Positions 19,135-28,397 of a stretch of DNA of 64,000 bases are shown one piece after another. A program made the translations under genes and the position numbers. Source of the DNA: Candidatus Thermofontivivens primus (GTDB lineage: Bacteria; Sysuimicrobiota; Sysuimicrobiia; Sysuimicrobiales; Thermofontiviventaceae). The stretch spans positions 1 through 64,000 of the forward strand of contig JAVKJW010000011.1 of assembly GCA_031458695.1 (NCBI GenBank), read 5' to 3'. The first letter of the stretch is position 1; every line of letters starts with the position of its first letter. The notes beneath the pieces were generated by a model, which saw nothing but the letters and a program-made list of their open reading frames with translations, did no database searches and was not told where the DNA came from.

Positions 19135-19617
19135 CTACGGGAGTGGCATCTCAAAGAGTTTCGGTAAGACATAGCTAACAAATAAGGAGAAGCCCAGGGC
19201 GTACATTGCGATACGTGCTGGCCCTCCGATACGAAGATAAATAAAGATGGCAAGGAAGTACGCAACAGTGGCCATCCAGAATGGGATTTTGCCAAGGACA
19301 AATGTATATCCGCCGGTCATGAGGAGGATGATCAGCCAGCGCCAGAATTCCTCGTGTTTCGAAATGCCACCTAACCACATCCCCAACTTGCGGTGCCCTC
19401 CTCCCCGTATGCCTTCCGAAAGAACGAAGGTAGAGAGGAGGAAAAGTATAAACCCCAGCAAGAGAGGTAAGAAACCGGGGCTCAGCACGTATGGGATCGG
19501 ACCTCGCTGTGGCATCCGTAACGACTCTACAATCACAAAGATCGAAAAGCCAACGAGTACAATACCTGCGAGGAACTCCCCGGCGTTGCGTTGTCCCTCA
19601 GAGCCGTGTTCCTCCAT
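19135..19617 (-). CDS. tctB: Tripartite tricarboxylate transporter small permease
   Basis: Four TM segments, SPGFLP, C-terminal MPLP; lies between tctC and tctA. Confidence 0.85.
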   Translation of the reverse strand: MEEHGSEGQRNAGEFLAGIVLVGFSIFVIVESLRMPQRGPIPYVLSPGFLPLLLGFILFLLSTFVLSEGIRGGGHRKLGMWLGGISKHEEFWRWLIILLMTGGYTFVLGKIPFWMATVAYFLAIFIYLRIGGPARIAMYALGFSLFVSYVLPKLFEMPLP

Positions 19618-19635
19618 TTCCCATCCTCCTCGACT

Positions 19636-20748
19636 TTAAGATGGAGCCCGTAACTTCCTAAACATGACCTCAACTTGTTCTGGCCACGGTTTTAGAAACT
19701 CCGCGCGTGCATGAGGAGGCCACTTCCATTCTTCAAGACGCGGGATTCCAAGCTTTGAAGGATTCAACGGGGCAATACCAAGCTCAAATGGCGGCCAGGA
19801 TCTCGCAGATTCGATTTTTGACATCATCTTATCGCTTTCAATCCCAAAGAGGGGCATCAAAACACCTGCCCTTTCCTCCACAGCAATCTTCCGGAAACGC
19901 TCTTGCTTTACTGCATAGATAAACGCCTCGGTGATCTTCACAACAATGTCATCGGGAGTTTTCCGGTTCACATAAATTCCGAAAAATGGGTTGATTGCGG
20001 TAAGCGGAGCTAATTTAGGGAAAACCTCTGTAATGGGCCTAAACTCAACCCCTTCAAACTTCATCGGTTTTGTATAGAGGTTTGCAAGGGGGCGCAGCAA
20101 ACCTGCTTTCGCCCAATCGGTAACATCTCCCATTGTGACAGAGATGAAGTCGATCTCTTTCCCCAGGAGATACTTTCCAGCTTCCCTTCCACCGGAATAG
20201 GGAATGGAGATCGCTTGCCCTTTCAAGCCTGCTGTTGCGAGGAGGACGCCAGCGAAGATCTCTCCATTGCTTCCAGGCCCAGGATGGCCATACTTGAGTT
20301 TGCCTGGTTTTGCCTTAATTTCCGCGAGGAGATCCTCAATCGTCCTCCATGGCGAGTCCGCCCGGACATAGATCGTAGTCGGAAACATCACGGCGAGCCA
20401 GGAATAGAAGTTATTCCAGCTCACCGGACCGGCACCGAGGAGAGGCCATGTCCCGTGGACAGCGGCCCCGCCAAACCAAGTGTATCCATCTGGTGGTGCT
20501 GAAAGAACTTGTCTGGCTGCGATGGCGCCTAGGGCACCTGTAACATTCGTTACAATAATCTTAGTACCGAGGGGCTTCTCCATCTCGAGTGCAAGAGCCC
20601 TGGATACAATATCTGACGCCCCGCCCGCTGCCCATCCGACGAGGACAGAGATTGGTCCCTTCGGCCATGCAGGTCCCGCTAAGCCTGCGGTACTTGCAGC
20701 GAGGGCGAGCAAAGCTGCGCACAGTAGTGTAACGATCCTGTGCTTCAT
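19636..20748 (-). CDS. tctC: TTT substrate-binding protein (TctC/Bug)
   Basis: Signal peptide, GWAAGGASD, N..GA.G, PDGYT, IPYSGG. Confidence 0.9.
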   Translation of the reverse strand: MKHRIVTLLCAALLALAASTAGLAGPAWPKGPISVLVGWAAGGASDIVSRALALEMEKPLGTKIIVTNVTGALGAIAARQVLSAPPDGYTWFGGAAVHGTWPLLGAGPVSWNNFYSWLAVMFPTTIYVRADSPWRTIEDLLAEIKAKPGKLKYGHPGPGSNGEIFAGVLLATAGLKGQAISIPYSGGREAGKYLLGKEIDFISVTMGDVTDWAKAGLLRPLANLYTKPMKFEGVEFRPITEVFPKLAPLTAINPFFGIYVNRKTPDDIVVKITEAFIYAVKQERFRKIAVEERAGVLMPLFGIESDKMMSKIESARSWPPFELGIAPLNPSKLGIPRLEEWKWPPHARAEFLKPWPEQVEVMFRKLRAPS

Positions 20749-20794
20749 CCGAATCCCCCCTTTAGAATAGATTAAGGTTGCCCTGAGGTTCTTC

Positions 20795-22492
20795 TCAGAA
20801 TAACCTTCCTACTTCATCATGTTCAATCAGTACGTTGAGAAGAAACGGGTGATGGGCGTGGACTGCTTCCGCTAAAGAAATTTTGAGATCTTCAGGATTG
20901 GTGATAGTGCGCGCCTTTACGCCAAAGGCTTGTGCAAGATGGATAAAATCTACCATCGGCTCCAGGATAGTGCACCCAATGAATTTGTCAGTCCGACTTG
21001 CAGCTCCGTTATAATTCCTGAAACCTTCCCTCAGAATTCGATAGCCAAAGTTATTGCAGATGAGTATGATCACTGCGATGCCATAATGTGCAGCAGTCCA
21101 GAGAGCTTGCGGGAGGTAAAGCGCTGCACCATCGCCTATGAATGCAACAACTGGTTGCTGCGGCCTCGCAAGTTTGATGCCCAGAGCCGCTGGTAAGCCA
21201 TACCCCAGGCTCCCTCCCTTTATACCAAAATAGGTATTCTCATGGGGAAATTCGAAATAGAGATGGAGGCCTAGGGAGGAGGTAGAAGATTCGTCTACAA
21301 TGATAGCATCACCTGGGAGCGCGTGACGTAGCTCGCGCACGAGCCTGGAAATGCTGATTGGGACATTGTCCCAGGCCCGTTCAACTTCTTCTTCGAGAGC
21401 TTTCTTTCTATGGATTGCCATGGTTTCCAGTGCAGAACGGCGGTGCATTATGAGTTCTTTTTTCCCAGCGAGTTTTTGTTCTACTTTGTGGGTTAGTATT
21501 TCCAGGGTGGCCCTCACATTTGCAACAATCACTATTCCTCCTGGTACATTCTTGCCTGCCTCCCACGGATCTGCGTCCACTTGGATCACCTTTGCACCAG
21601 GCGGGATCAAGGGGCTACCTTGATACACTACAGGGATAATACGGTTCGTTCCAGCGAGAAGAATAACATCTGCATCGGCTAAATTTGCTTGGATTTCCAT
21701 CTCCTGGAAACCAATGGGACCAAAATAAAGTGAATGGCCTGTGGGAAAAGCAATCCGGTGGGGCATGCGCTCCGCATAGACCTTTGCCGCAATAGTTTCC
21801 GCTAGGCGCACAAGAGAAGGAATTGCATGAACTTTTGCAACGCCATCGCCCACAACAATGAGAGGACGTTCAGCTTGAGCAAGGACGTGGGCAGCTTCAT
21901 CCAGGGCTTCCGGATCTGGGCCTGCATTGACGAGAGGAATCTGAGGGACCGGAATCTCCGCAGCGATTTCTTCATCGAGGAGATTCATAGGGAAGGAAAC
22001 GAAGACGGGCCCCTGGGGTGTATCTGTAGCTACTTTCAGTGCGCGAGCCATTACCAGCGGGAACTCCTGTGCCGTACGTGTCTCCCAGGACCACTTCACA
22101 AAAGGACGGACAAGGGTTGCGATATCTGCCCACAACGGCGGCTCGAGAGCTTGGAGCCTCTGATCGGACTGTCCTGCCGTGATGACGAGGGGGACGCCGG
22201 CCCGGAAAGCATTATAGATGCTTCCCATAGCGTTAGCGACACCAGGCGCTGCATGGAGGTTGACAAATGCTGGCTGTTCAGACGCTGCGGCGAATCCGTG
22301 GGCCATACCGACTGCGATGGCGTCGTGCAGGCAGAGGATATATTGGAGGTCATCACGCTCAGCGAGCACATCGAGAAAGGGAATCTCCGTCGTACCAGGA
22401 TTTCCAAACACGTAGCGCACCCCAAATTTCGTTAAGATTTCAACGATGACCTCCTTACCTTTCCACTTCTTCAACACTTCACACCTCTTCAT
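20795..22492 (-). CDS. ThDP-dependent decarboxylase, benzoylformate decarboxylase-like
   Basis: VFGNPGTTE, NLHAAPG, GGSLGYGLP, GDG...NN ThDP motif. Confidence 0.88.
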   Translation of the reverse strand: MKRCEVLKKWKGKEVIVEILTKFGVRYVFGNPGTTEIPFLDVLAERDDLQYILCLHDAIAVGMAHGFAAASEQPAFVNLHAAPGVANAMGSIYNAFRAGVPLVITAGQSDQRLQALEPPLWADIATLVRPFVKWSWETRTAQEFPLVMARALKVATDTPQGPVFVSFPMNLLDEEIAAEIPVPQIPLVNAGPDPEALDEAAHVLAQAERPLIVVGDGVAKVHAIPSLVRLAETIAAKVYAERMPHRIAFPTGHSLYFGPIGFQEMEIQANLADADVILLAGTNRIIPVVYQGSPLIPPGAKVIQVDADPWEAGKNVPGGIVIVANVRATLEILTHKVEQKLAGKKELIMHRRSALETMAIHRKKALEEEVERAWDNVPISISRLVRELRHALPGDAIIVDESSTSSLGLHLYFEFPHENTYFGIKGGSLGYGLPAALGIKLARPQQPVVAFIGDGAALYLPQALWTAAHYGIAVIILICNNFGYRILREGFRNYNGAASRTDKFIGCTILEPMVDFIHLAQAFGVKARTITNPEDLKISLAEAVHAHHPFLLNVLIEHDEVGRLF

Positions 22493-22590
22493 CGTACATG
22501 TAGCTTGGTGTCCTTCTCAGTTTCGTCCAGCATTCCATATGCGATGAATTCCATACGCTCTTCTGCATGCCAGACAAAGATGATAACTTT

Positions 22591-23262
22591 TCATGGACCT
22601 CCCTTGAACCCCATTTTCAAAATCCCTTTCCACGTTTCCAAAAGGTGATTGCGCATCGCTTTTTCACTCTGGACGGGATTTCGCTGTTGCAGTGCCCTTA
22701 TGATGCGCAGGTGAGCAAAGTAGGAGCGCTTTTCTATATCGAAATGTTGCTTGGTCATGTTCCGGATTAAAATCATCAGGTTACGGAGTTGATGAGAGAG
22801 TTCGATGAACAATTCATTGTATGTAGAACGGGCAATGAAATCATGGAGATCTGCGCCTAATGCAACTAAATACTGGAGTGTTTCTGGATCATTCTTGATG
22901 GTGACGCGCAGGAAAGCTTCGTGGATATTCTCAAGCTCATGCACGTCATGTCGCTCTGCAGCTAAGCGGGCAGCAGCTGGCTCGATGGCTAGGCGCATTT
23001 CAAAGATGTTCCTCACATCCTCAAGGGTCAATTTCCGAACCAATACGCCCCGGTTCGGGTGGACTTCGACAAGATGTTCCTGCTCAAGACGCCGTAAAAC
23101 CTCGCGAATAGGGGTCCGGCTCACGCCAAAGCGTTTCACCAGCGCGCGCTCCACTAGAGGTTCCCCTGGATGGAGCGAATCTGAGAGGATATCCTTTTTC
23201 AGCTGCTCGTAGATCCACTCTTTAGAGGCGCGTGTCGCGTCCTTTGTAGTCGCCTTCACCAT
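22591..23262 (-). CDS. GntR/FCD transcriptional regulator
   Basis: FGVSRTPIRE HTH; FCD domain His residues. Confidence 0.92.
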   Translation of the reverse strand: MVKATTKDATRASKEWIYEQLKKDILSDSLHPGEPLVERALVKRFGVSRTPIREVLRRLEQEHLVEVHPNRGVLVRKLTLEDVRNIFEMRLAIEPAAARLAAERHDVHELENIHEAFLRVTIKNDPETLQYLVALGADLHDFIARSTYNELFIELSHQLRNLMILIRNMTKQHFDIEKRSYFAHLRIIRALQQRNPVQSEKAMRNHLLETWKGILKMGFKGGP

Positions 23263-23300
23263 GGTATTCCAATTGTATACCATCCATAGGGCCCCGTCAA
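23261..23300 (-). promoter_or_regulatory. Sigma70 promoter with overlapping GntR-type palindrome
   Basis: TTGACG-17-TACAAT; palindrome ATGGTATACAATTGGAATACCAT covers the -10 and start codon. Confidence 0.65.
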
Positions 23301-23504
23301 GCACCGTGCAGCACGCTCGTGAGCTCCTTTGGCCCAGGAGGGTCCGTGGGCCCTACGCGAAGCTGTTCTTGCTTGACCAGAATACGGTACCTTACGCCTA
23401 TAGGTACTGTCCTAAACTACGGCCGGACACAACCCTCTCCACCTAAACCATTCCGATGATGATGTATAGCCCAACCACGAAATTGTAATTGTCCTAAGGT
23501 ATCC

Positions 23505-24083
23505 CTATGTTCCAGGGGCAGGCAAAATCCCACTTGCCCACAGCATAAGGTAGAAGGATAAGATCATGGCAATGAGAAGCAAAACACCTTCAACCTTCGG
23601 AGCGAGTTTCCCATGGGTTACCCCCCAGAATCCTAGGAGGACCAAAAGGTAGCTTAAAAGTACAACCTCCACAAGGATGAGGTGCAAGGTAAGCCCCCAG
23701 GCACCAATCACGATCATTGCGATGATTGTCATGATCAAAGCAATGAGAGCGGCATTCCCTACGGGTCGAAGGTCCCACCCGGCCATCTGAACGATGCTCA
23801 CCCCTAACCACAGGAACCCATAGATGGCCATCACAACGCTAAAGGTGAGCTGCATAGGAACGACATTGCCCTCTCGACCCAGAGGAGCACCGATGACAAG
23901 CCAAAAAGCCCCGAAAAGCAAACTTATTGCCCCTGTCAGGCTTCCCACAGCTCCTATGGATCGAGCAGGAGGCGGGCCCGTTGGTTCAAGGGGATGGGCG
24001 TCGATTCCCAAGAGGGCCCAGGCATTACAGAAAAGCGCATACTGCAATCCAACTACCGCAACTGCCACCGGCAACAGTCCCAT
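23505..24083 (-). CDS. Six-TM membrane protein, AmiS/UreI-like channel
   Basis: Hydrophobic 192 aa; YGFLWL...GWDLRPVG resembles the UreI/AmiS FGFTYL...G.D.RP motif. Confidence 0.5.
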   Translation of the reverse strand: MGLLPVAVAVVGLQYALFCNAWALLGIDAHPLEPTGPPPARSIGAVGSLTGAISLLFGAFWLVIGAPLGREGNVVPMQLTFSVVMAIYGFLWLGVSIVQMAGWDLRPVGNAALIALIMTIIAMIVIGAWGLTLHLILVEVVLLSYLLVLLGFWGVTHGKLAPKVEGVLLLIAMILSFYLMLWASGILPAPGT

Positions 24084-24420
24084 CCTAAATCCCCTCCCTA
24101 AGTTTTTGGGTCGAGATTCCTTTCAAAGTGGATGGGGAAAGAAAATATCACCCTATAAATTGTAGCCTCTGGCTGGATATCTGACATGATCCGGATAACC
24201 TAATCCAAACTGCTCAGGCCTCCACTTCTGTCTCCTAAGTTGCTTAGGAAACAGCTGTGGCGAGTCTTTAAGACCCCTGTATAGGTCGGTATGGCAAAGG
24301 GGTCCACGCTGATCCTGGGAGCGAGGGCCCGTGCGCACCTTCCTTGAGCAAGCGATTTCCCGGAAAATATCCCATCAAAAAAGTTGGCAGAAGATCGAGG
24401 CACCGAGCGGGGGAGGCGCT

Positions 24421-24474
24421 GTTGCACATTATGAAACAAAATCTCATTGTGCTGAACGAGCGGAATCGTATAAT
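24421..24474 (+). promoter_or_regulatory. IclR-type operator boxes and -10 TATAAT
   Basis: GTTGCACATTATGAAAC and TCTCATTGTGCTGAAC, followed by TATAAT upstream of iclR. Confidence 0.5.
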
Positions 24475-24498
24475 ACTCGTTGGGGGATCCGCTTGGGA

Positions 24499-25311
24499 AT
24501 GCCATTGGGCTATGCCAGAGGGAAAACCTACCATGTCCGCTCCGTTCTCAAAGCACTGGAGCTCCTCCAAGCCTTCACCCCTGATGAGCCGGAGTTCGGC
24601 GTGACAGACCTCGCAACTCGCCTGGGGATGCATAAGAGCACTGTCTTCCGCCTCCTCATGACACTCGAAGCGGAAAAGTTCGTCCAAAGGGATCACACCA
24701 CAGGAAAGTATCGGCTAGGGATCAAGCTTTTCGAACTGGGGAGCCTTGTCCAGAATCTACTCGAGTTGAGAAAGGTTGCCCGACCTTACCTTGAGGAGCT
24801 TCAGGAACGGTGTGGGGAGACCATCCACCTTGCTGTGCTCGATGAAGGACAGGTTCTCTATGTGGACAAACTCGAAAGCCCAAAGCCCATCCAGATGTAC
24901 TCCCGGGTGGGTCGACGCGCCCCCGCACACTGCACTGGATTGGGCAAGGTCCTGCTGGCCTACCTTCCGCCTGAGGAGGTAGATGCGATCATTGCCCGGA
25001 ATGGGCTGAAGCGCTATACCGACAAGACCATCACGGACCCACGTAAACTCCACGATCATCTTGCCCTCGTACGCCAGCGGGGTTATGCCACAGACATCGG
25101 GGAGCATGAAGAACTGATCCGCTGTGCATCTGCCCCTATTTGGGACCATACAGGGAAGGTTGTGGCGGCAGTGAGCATTACGACCATTGGTGTACGATTT
25201 GATCCCCGACGCATGGATGAGCTCGTGCATCTCGTGCGCGAAACGACCGCCCAGATCTCCTACGACCTGGGATACCGCCAGGGAATGTCTGATGCGAGTC
25301 TTAGGAGGTGA
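24499..25311 (+). CDS. IclR family transcriptional regulator
   Basis: VRSVLKAL, GMHKSTVFRLL HTH, PAHCTGLGKVLLA. Confidence 0.93.
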   Translation: MPLGYARGKTYHVRSVLKALELLQAFTPDEPEFGVTDLATRLGMHKSTVFRLLMTLEAEKFVQRDHTTGKYRLGIKLFELGSLVQNLLELRKVARPYLEELQERCGETIHLAVLDEGQVLYVDKLESPKPIQMYSRVGRRAPAHCTGLGKVLLAYLPPEEVDAIIARNGLKRYTDKTITDPRKLHDHLALVRQRGYATDIGEHEELIRCASAPIWDHTGKVVAAVSITTIGVRFDPRRMDELVHLVRETTAQISYDLGYRQGMSDASLRR

Positions 25312-25318
25312 GGAAAGG

Positions 25319-26305
25319 ATGCGGTGGGAAGGAAGAAGAATGCTCCTGCTCTTGCTTGCTGCGACCCTCCTTGTGGGATCGCTCCTCCCAACGGTCTCGG
25401 TCGCCCAGCCGAAGTACCCCATCAGGCCCATTACCCTGATCTGTCCTTGGGCCGCGGGGGGTGGAACTGACCGGATCAGCCGAATGGTCGCGGTCCTCCT
25501 GGAGAAGGAATTGGGTGTTCCTGTGACGGTGGTCAACAGGACGGGTGGGGGTGGTGCCGTCGGGCACACGGCAGGTGCAACGGCCACCCCTGACGGCTAT
25601 ACCATCACCATGGTGACTGTGGAGATCGCGATGATGCACTGGCTAGGCCTGGCCAAGGTAAATTACAAAGATTTCCGACCCGTGGCCCTTTTGAATTACG
25701 ACCCAGCCGGGATCTCTGTCAGTGCAACAGCCCCATGGAAGACCTACCGGGAGCTCCATGAGTATATCAGGGCCAACCCTGGGAAGCTCAAGGCTTCCGG
25801 CACTGCGGCTGGAGGGATCTGGGACCTGGCCAGGGCAGGGTGGCTGAAGACCGCAGGGTTCCCCATAGATGCGGTGCGCTGGATCCCCAGTACGGGAGCT
25901 GCCCCAGCCCTCGCGGAGCTCGTGGCAGGTGGCGTGGACATTGTCACAGCAAGCCTCCCTGAGGCTGCACCGCTCATCGCGGCGGGAAAGGTCCGTCCCC
26001 TCGCCATCATGGCGGAGAAGCGGGACCCCATGTTCCCTGACGTCCCCACCTTGAAGGAGCTGGGGATCAACTGGTCGCTGGGGGCCTGGCGGGGGATCGC
26101 CGTGCCGAAATTCACCACGACGACCGCTGTGACCGTCCTGGAGAAGGCGCTGGCCAAGGTTGTGGAGAACCCAGAGTTTAAGGAGTTCATGCGGAAGAAT
26201 GGCTTCGGGATCCTGTACAAGCCCGCCAAAGAGTTTGGGAAGTTCATGGAAGAGCAAGATCGCTTAATGGGCCAACTCATGAAGGAAGTGGGGTTGGCGA
26301 AGTAA
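25319..26305 (+). CDS. tctC: TTT substrate-binding protein (TctC/Bug)
   Basis: Signal peptide, PWAAGGGTD, NRTGGGG, PDGYT, PDVPTLKE. Confidence 0.93.
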   Translation: MRWEGRRMLLLLLAATLLVGSLLPTVSVAQPKYPIRPITLICPWAAGGGTDRISRMVAVLLEKELGVPVTVVNRTGGGGAVGHTAGATATPDGYTITMVTVEIAMMHWLGLAKVNYKDFRPVALLNYDPAGISVSATAPWKTYRELHEYIRANPGKLKASGTAAGGIWDLARAGWLKTAGFPIDAVRWIPSTGAAPALAELVAGGVDIVTASLPEAAPLIAAGKVRPLAIMAEKRDPMFPDVPTLKELGINWSLGAWRGIAVPKFTTTTAVTVLEKALAKVVENPEFKEFMRKNGFGILYKPAKEFGKFMEEQDRLMGQLMKEVGLAK

Positions 26306-26396
26306 GGATCTCAGCGCCAGTTCGTTCGGGATTCGGTTCTCTCAAGGGGGATCCAGGTAGACGTCAAAAGACTTTTGGAAGGACACCGAACATGCG

Positions 26397-26846
26397 ATGG
26401 GAGACATCGTAGCTGGGATTATCAGTTTGTCCCTCGGCGTGGGGATCTACCTCACTGCGAGGAAATTCCCTACTTTGGGAGGTGGCTACCCGGGTCCTGG
26501 TTTCTTCCCGCAGATCCTTGGTGTGATGCTTGCATGCGCCGGGTTGATCCTCGCGGTGCAGGGAGTACGGAAGAGGCCGGTGCGTCCAACGGTAAGGAAG
26601 TTCTTCTGGCGGCGGGAGTGGCTCAACGCTCTTGTGGTGGTCGCTGCGGTCGTGGGGTACCTCTTTGCCGCTCCGCGCATCGGGTTCTCCCTTACCATGG
26701 CAGCGCTCCTCACTGCTACGATGGTAGTGTTTGGCGTTCCAGTGCGGAAAGCGCTTCCCATCGCAATCCTGACCGTAGCCTCCATGTTCATGCTTTTCGG
26801 GAGGATCCTGCGGGTCCCCCTTCCCGCAGGGCCGTGGGGATGGTAG
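26397..26846 (+). CDS. tctB: TTT small permease
   Basis: PGPGFFP, four TM segments, LRVPLP. Confidence 0.88.
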   Translation: MGDIVAGIISLSLGVGIYLTARKFPTLGGGYPGPGFFPQILGVMLACAGLILAVQGVRKRPVRPTVRKFFWRREWLNALVVVAAVVGYLFAAPRIGFSLTMAALLTATMVVFGVPVRKALPIAILTVASMFMLFGRILRVPLPAGPWGW

Positions 26847-26853
26847 GGACAAA

Positions 26854-28359
26854 ATGGATGTACTCCTACAGACCTTAGCTCTTCTGTCCCAGCCAAAAGT
26901 GGTCATGATTGTATTGCTGTCGGCGGTCTATGGCCTGTTCATCGGAGCCATACCAGGTCTGACCGCTACGATGGCGACGGCACTCCTCGTCCCGTTCACG
27001 TTCTTCCTGGATCCCCTCTCCGGACTCGTGGCTATCATCACCATGGAAGCGATGGCGATCTTCGCCGGCGATATCCCTGCTGTGCTCTTGCGGATCCCAG
27101 GAACCCCTTCATCTGCAGCCTATACCGAGGACTCCTACGAGCTGACGAAACAAGGGAAGGGGGAAATCGCCCTTGGGCTAGACCTGATCTGCTCATCCAT
27201 CGGCGGGATCATAGGTGCCGTTGCTTTCATCGTCGGTGCCCCCCTCCTCCTTTTTATCGCCATGAATTTCACTTCCTTCGAGAACTTCTGGCTCGCCGTG
27301 TTGGGCCTGAGCGGAGCGGCCATGGTCTCGTCTGGGGCTCCGCTGAAGGGAACGATCAGCGCGCTTTTGGGCCTGTTCCTTTCCACCATCGGCATTGACA
27401 TCACTCTGGGCTATCCCAGGTTTACCTTCGGGAACGTCAACCTGCTGAATGGCATCAGCTTCATCCCGGCGATGATCGGCTTATATGGGATCTCTGAGGT
27501 TCTGCGGGGAGCCTTGAGCCCCCACTTGGAGTATCCGATTACCCGCGTGCGCGCAGCAAGTATCTTCCAGGGGGTCTACCAGCTGTTGAAGCGGTATAAG
27601 CTACAGCTCTTCCGAGGAGGCCTCATTGGGACCTTTGTGGGGGCGCTTCCAGGCGCCGGCGCGGATATCGCGGCGTGGTTGTCTTACGCTGTGGCGAAGC
27701 GCTTCTCCAAGGAGCCGGAGAAGTTCGGGAAGGGAAGCTTTGAACCCATCATCGACGCAGGGACGGCGAACAACGCGGCGCTAGGGTCGGCGTGGATCCC
27801 TGCCCTTGTGTTTGGCATCCCTGGCGACCCGGTGACTGCTATTGTCATTGGTGTTTTGATGATGAAGGGCCTCAGGCCTGGACCATTGATCTTCCAAGAG
27901 CAGGCGGGTCTCCTCAACGGCCTCCGGATGATGTTCATCCTAGCCAACCTCCTCATGCTGCCCTTGGGTTACCTGGCGATCCGGGCGAGCAGTTCCATCA
28001 TCCGTATCCCCCGGAACATCCTCATGCCCATCATCCTGGCGTTTTCCATCGTTGGCGCGTATGCTTTGGAGAACAGCCTCTTCGACGTAGGGATCATGCT
28101 CGTTATGGGAATCGTCGGATACCTCATGGAGTCCAATGGGTTCCCCATTGCCCCCATTGTGCTCGGCCTGGTACTGGGTCCGCTGATCGAGCAGAACTTC
28201 ATGATCAGCATGATCAAGGCGCAATGGAATCTCCTAGCATTCTTCTCCCGCCCGGCAAGCTTGGTCCTCGGTGTGGTAACACTTACCGTGTGGACGTTGC
28301 CCTTACTGACGTTCTTCGTGCGCCGGAAGCCCCTTGTGGAGGCGACCTCCGGGGGATAA
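26854..28359 (+). CDS. tctA: TTT large permease
   Basis: GAIPGL, RIPGTP, TANNA, FGIPGD. Confidence 0.93.
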   Translation: MDVLLQTLALLSQPKVVMIVLLSAVYGLFIGAIPGLTATMATALLVPFTFFLDPLSGLVAIITMEAMAIFAGDIPAVLLRIPGTPSSAAYTEDSYELTKQGKGEIALGLDLICSSIGGIIGAVAFIVGAPLLLFIAMNFTSFENFWLAVLGLSGAAMVSSGAPLKGTISALLGLFLSTIGIDITLGYPRFTFGNVNLLNGISFIPAMIGLYGISEVLRGALSPHLEYPITRVRAASIFQGVYQLLKRYKLQLFRGGLIGTFVGALPGAGADIAAWLSYAVAKRFSKEPEKFGKGSFEPIIDAGTANNAALGSAWIPALVFGIPGDPVTAIVIGVLMMKGLRPGPLIFQEQAGLLNGLRMMFILANLLMLPLGYLAIRASSSIIRIPRNILMPIILAFSIVGAYALENSLFDVGIMLVMGIVGYLMESNGFPIAPIVLGLVLGPLIEQNFMISMIKAQWNLLAFFSRPASLVLGVVTLTVWTLPLLTFFVRRKPLVEATSGG

Positions 28360-28397
28360 ACAGCTTACTTTCCCGGGAATGAGATGGAGGTGGGGAC

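Noticed and set aside
26360..26380. CAAAAGACTTTTG as another copy of the hairpin family
   Set aside because: Only the core matches; the flanking C/G arms are missing
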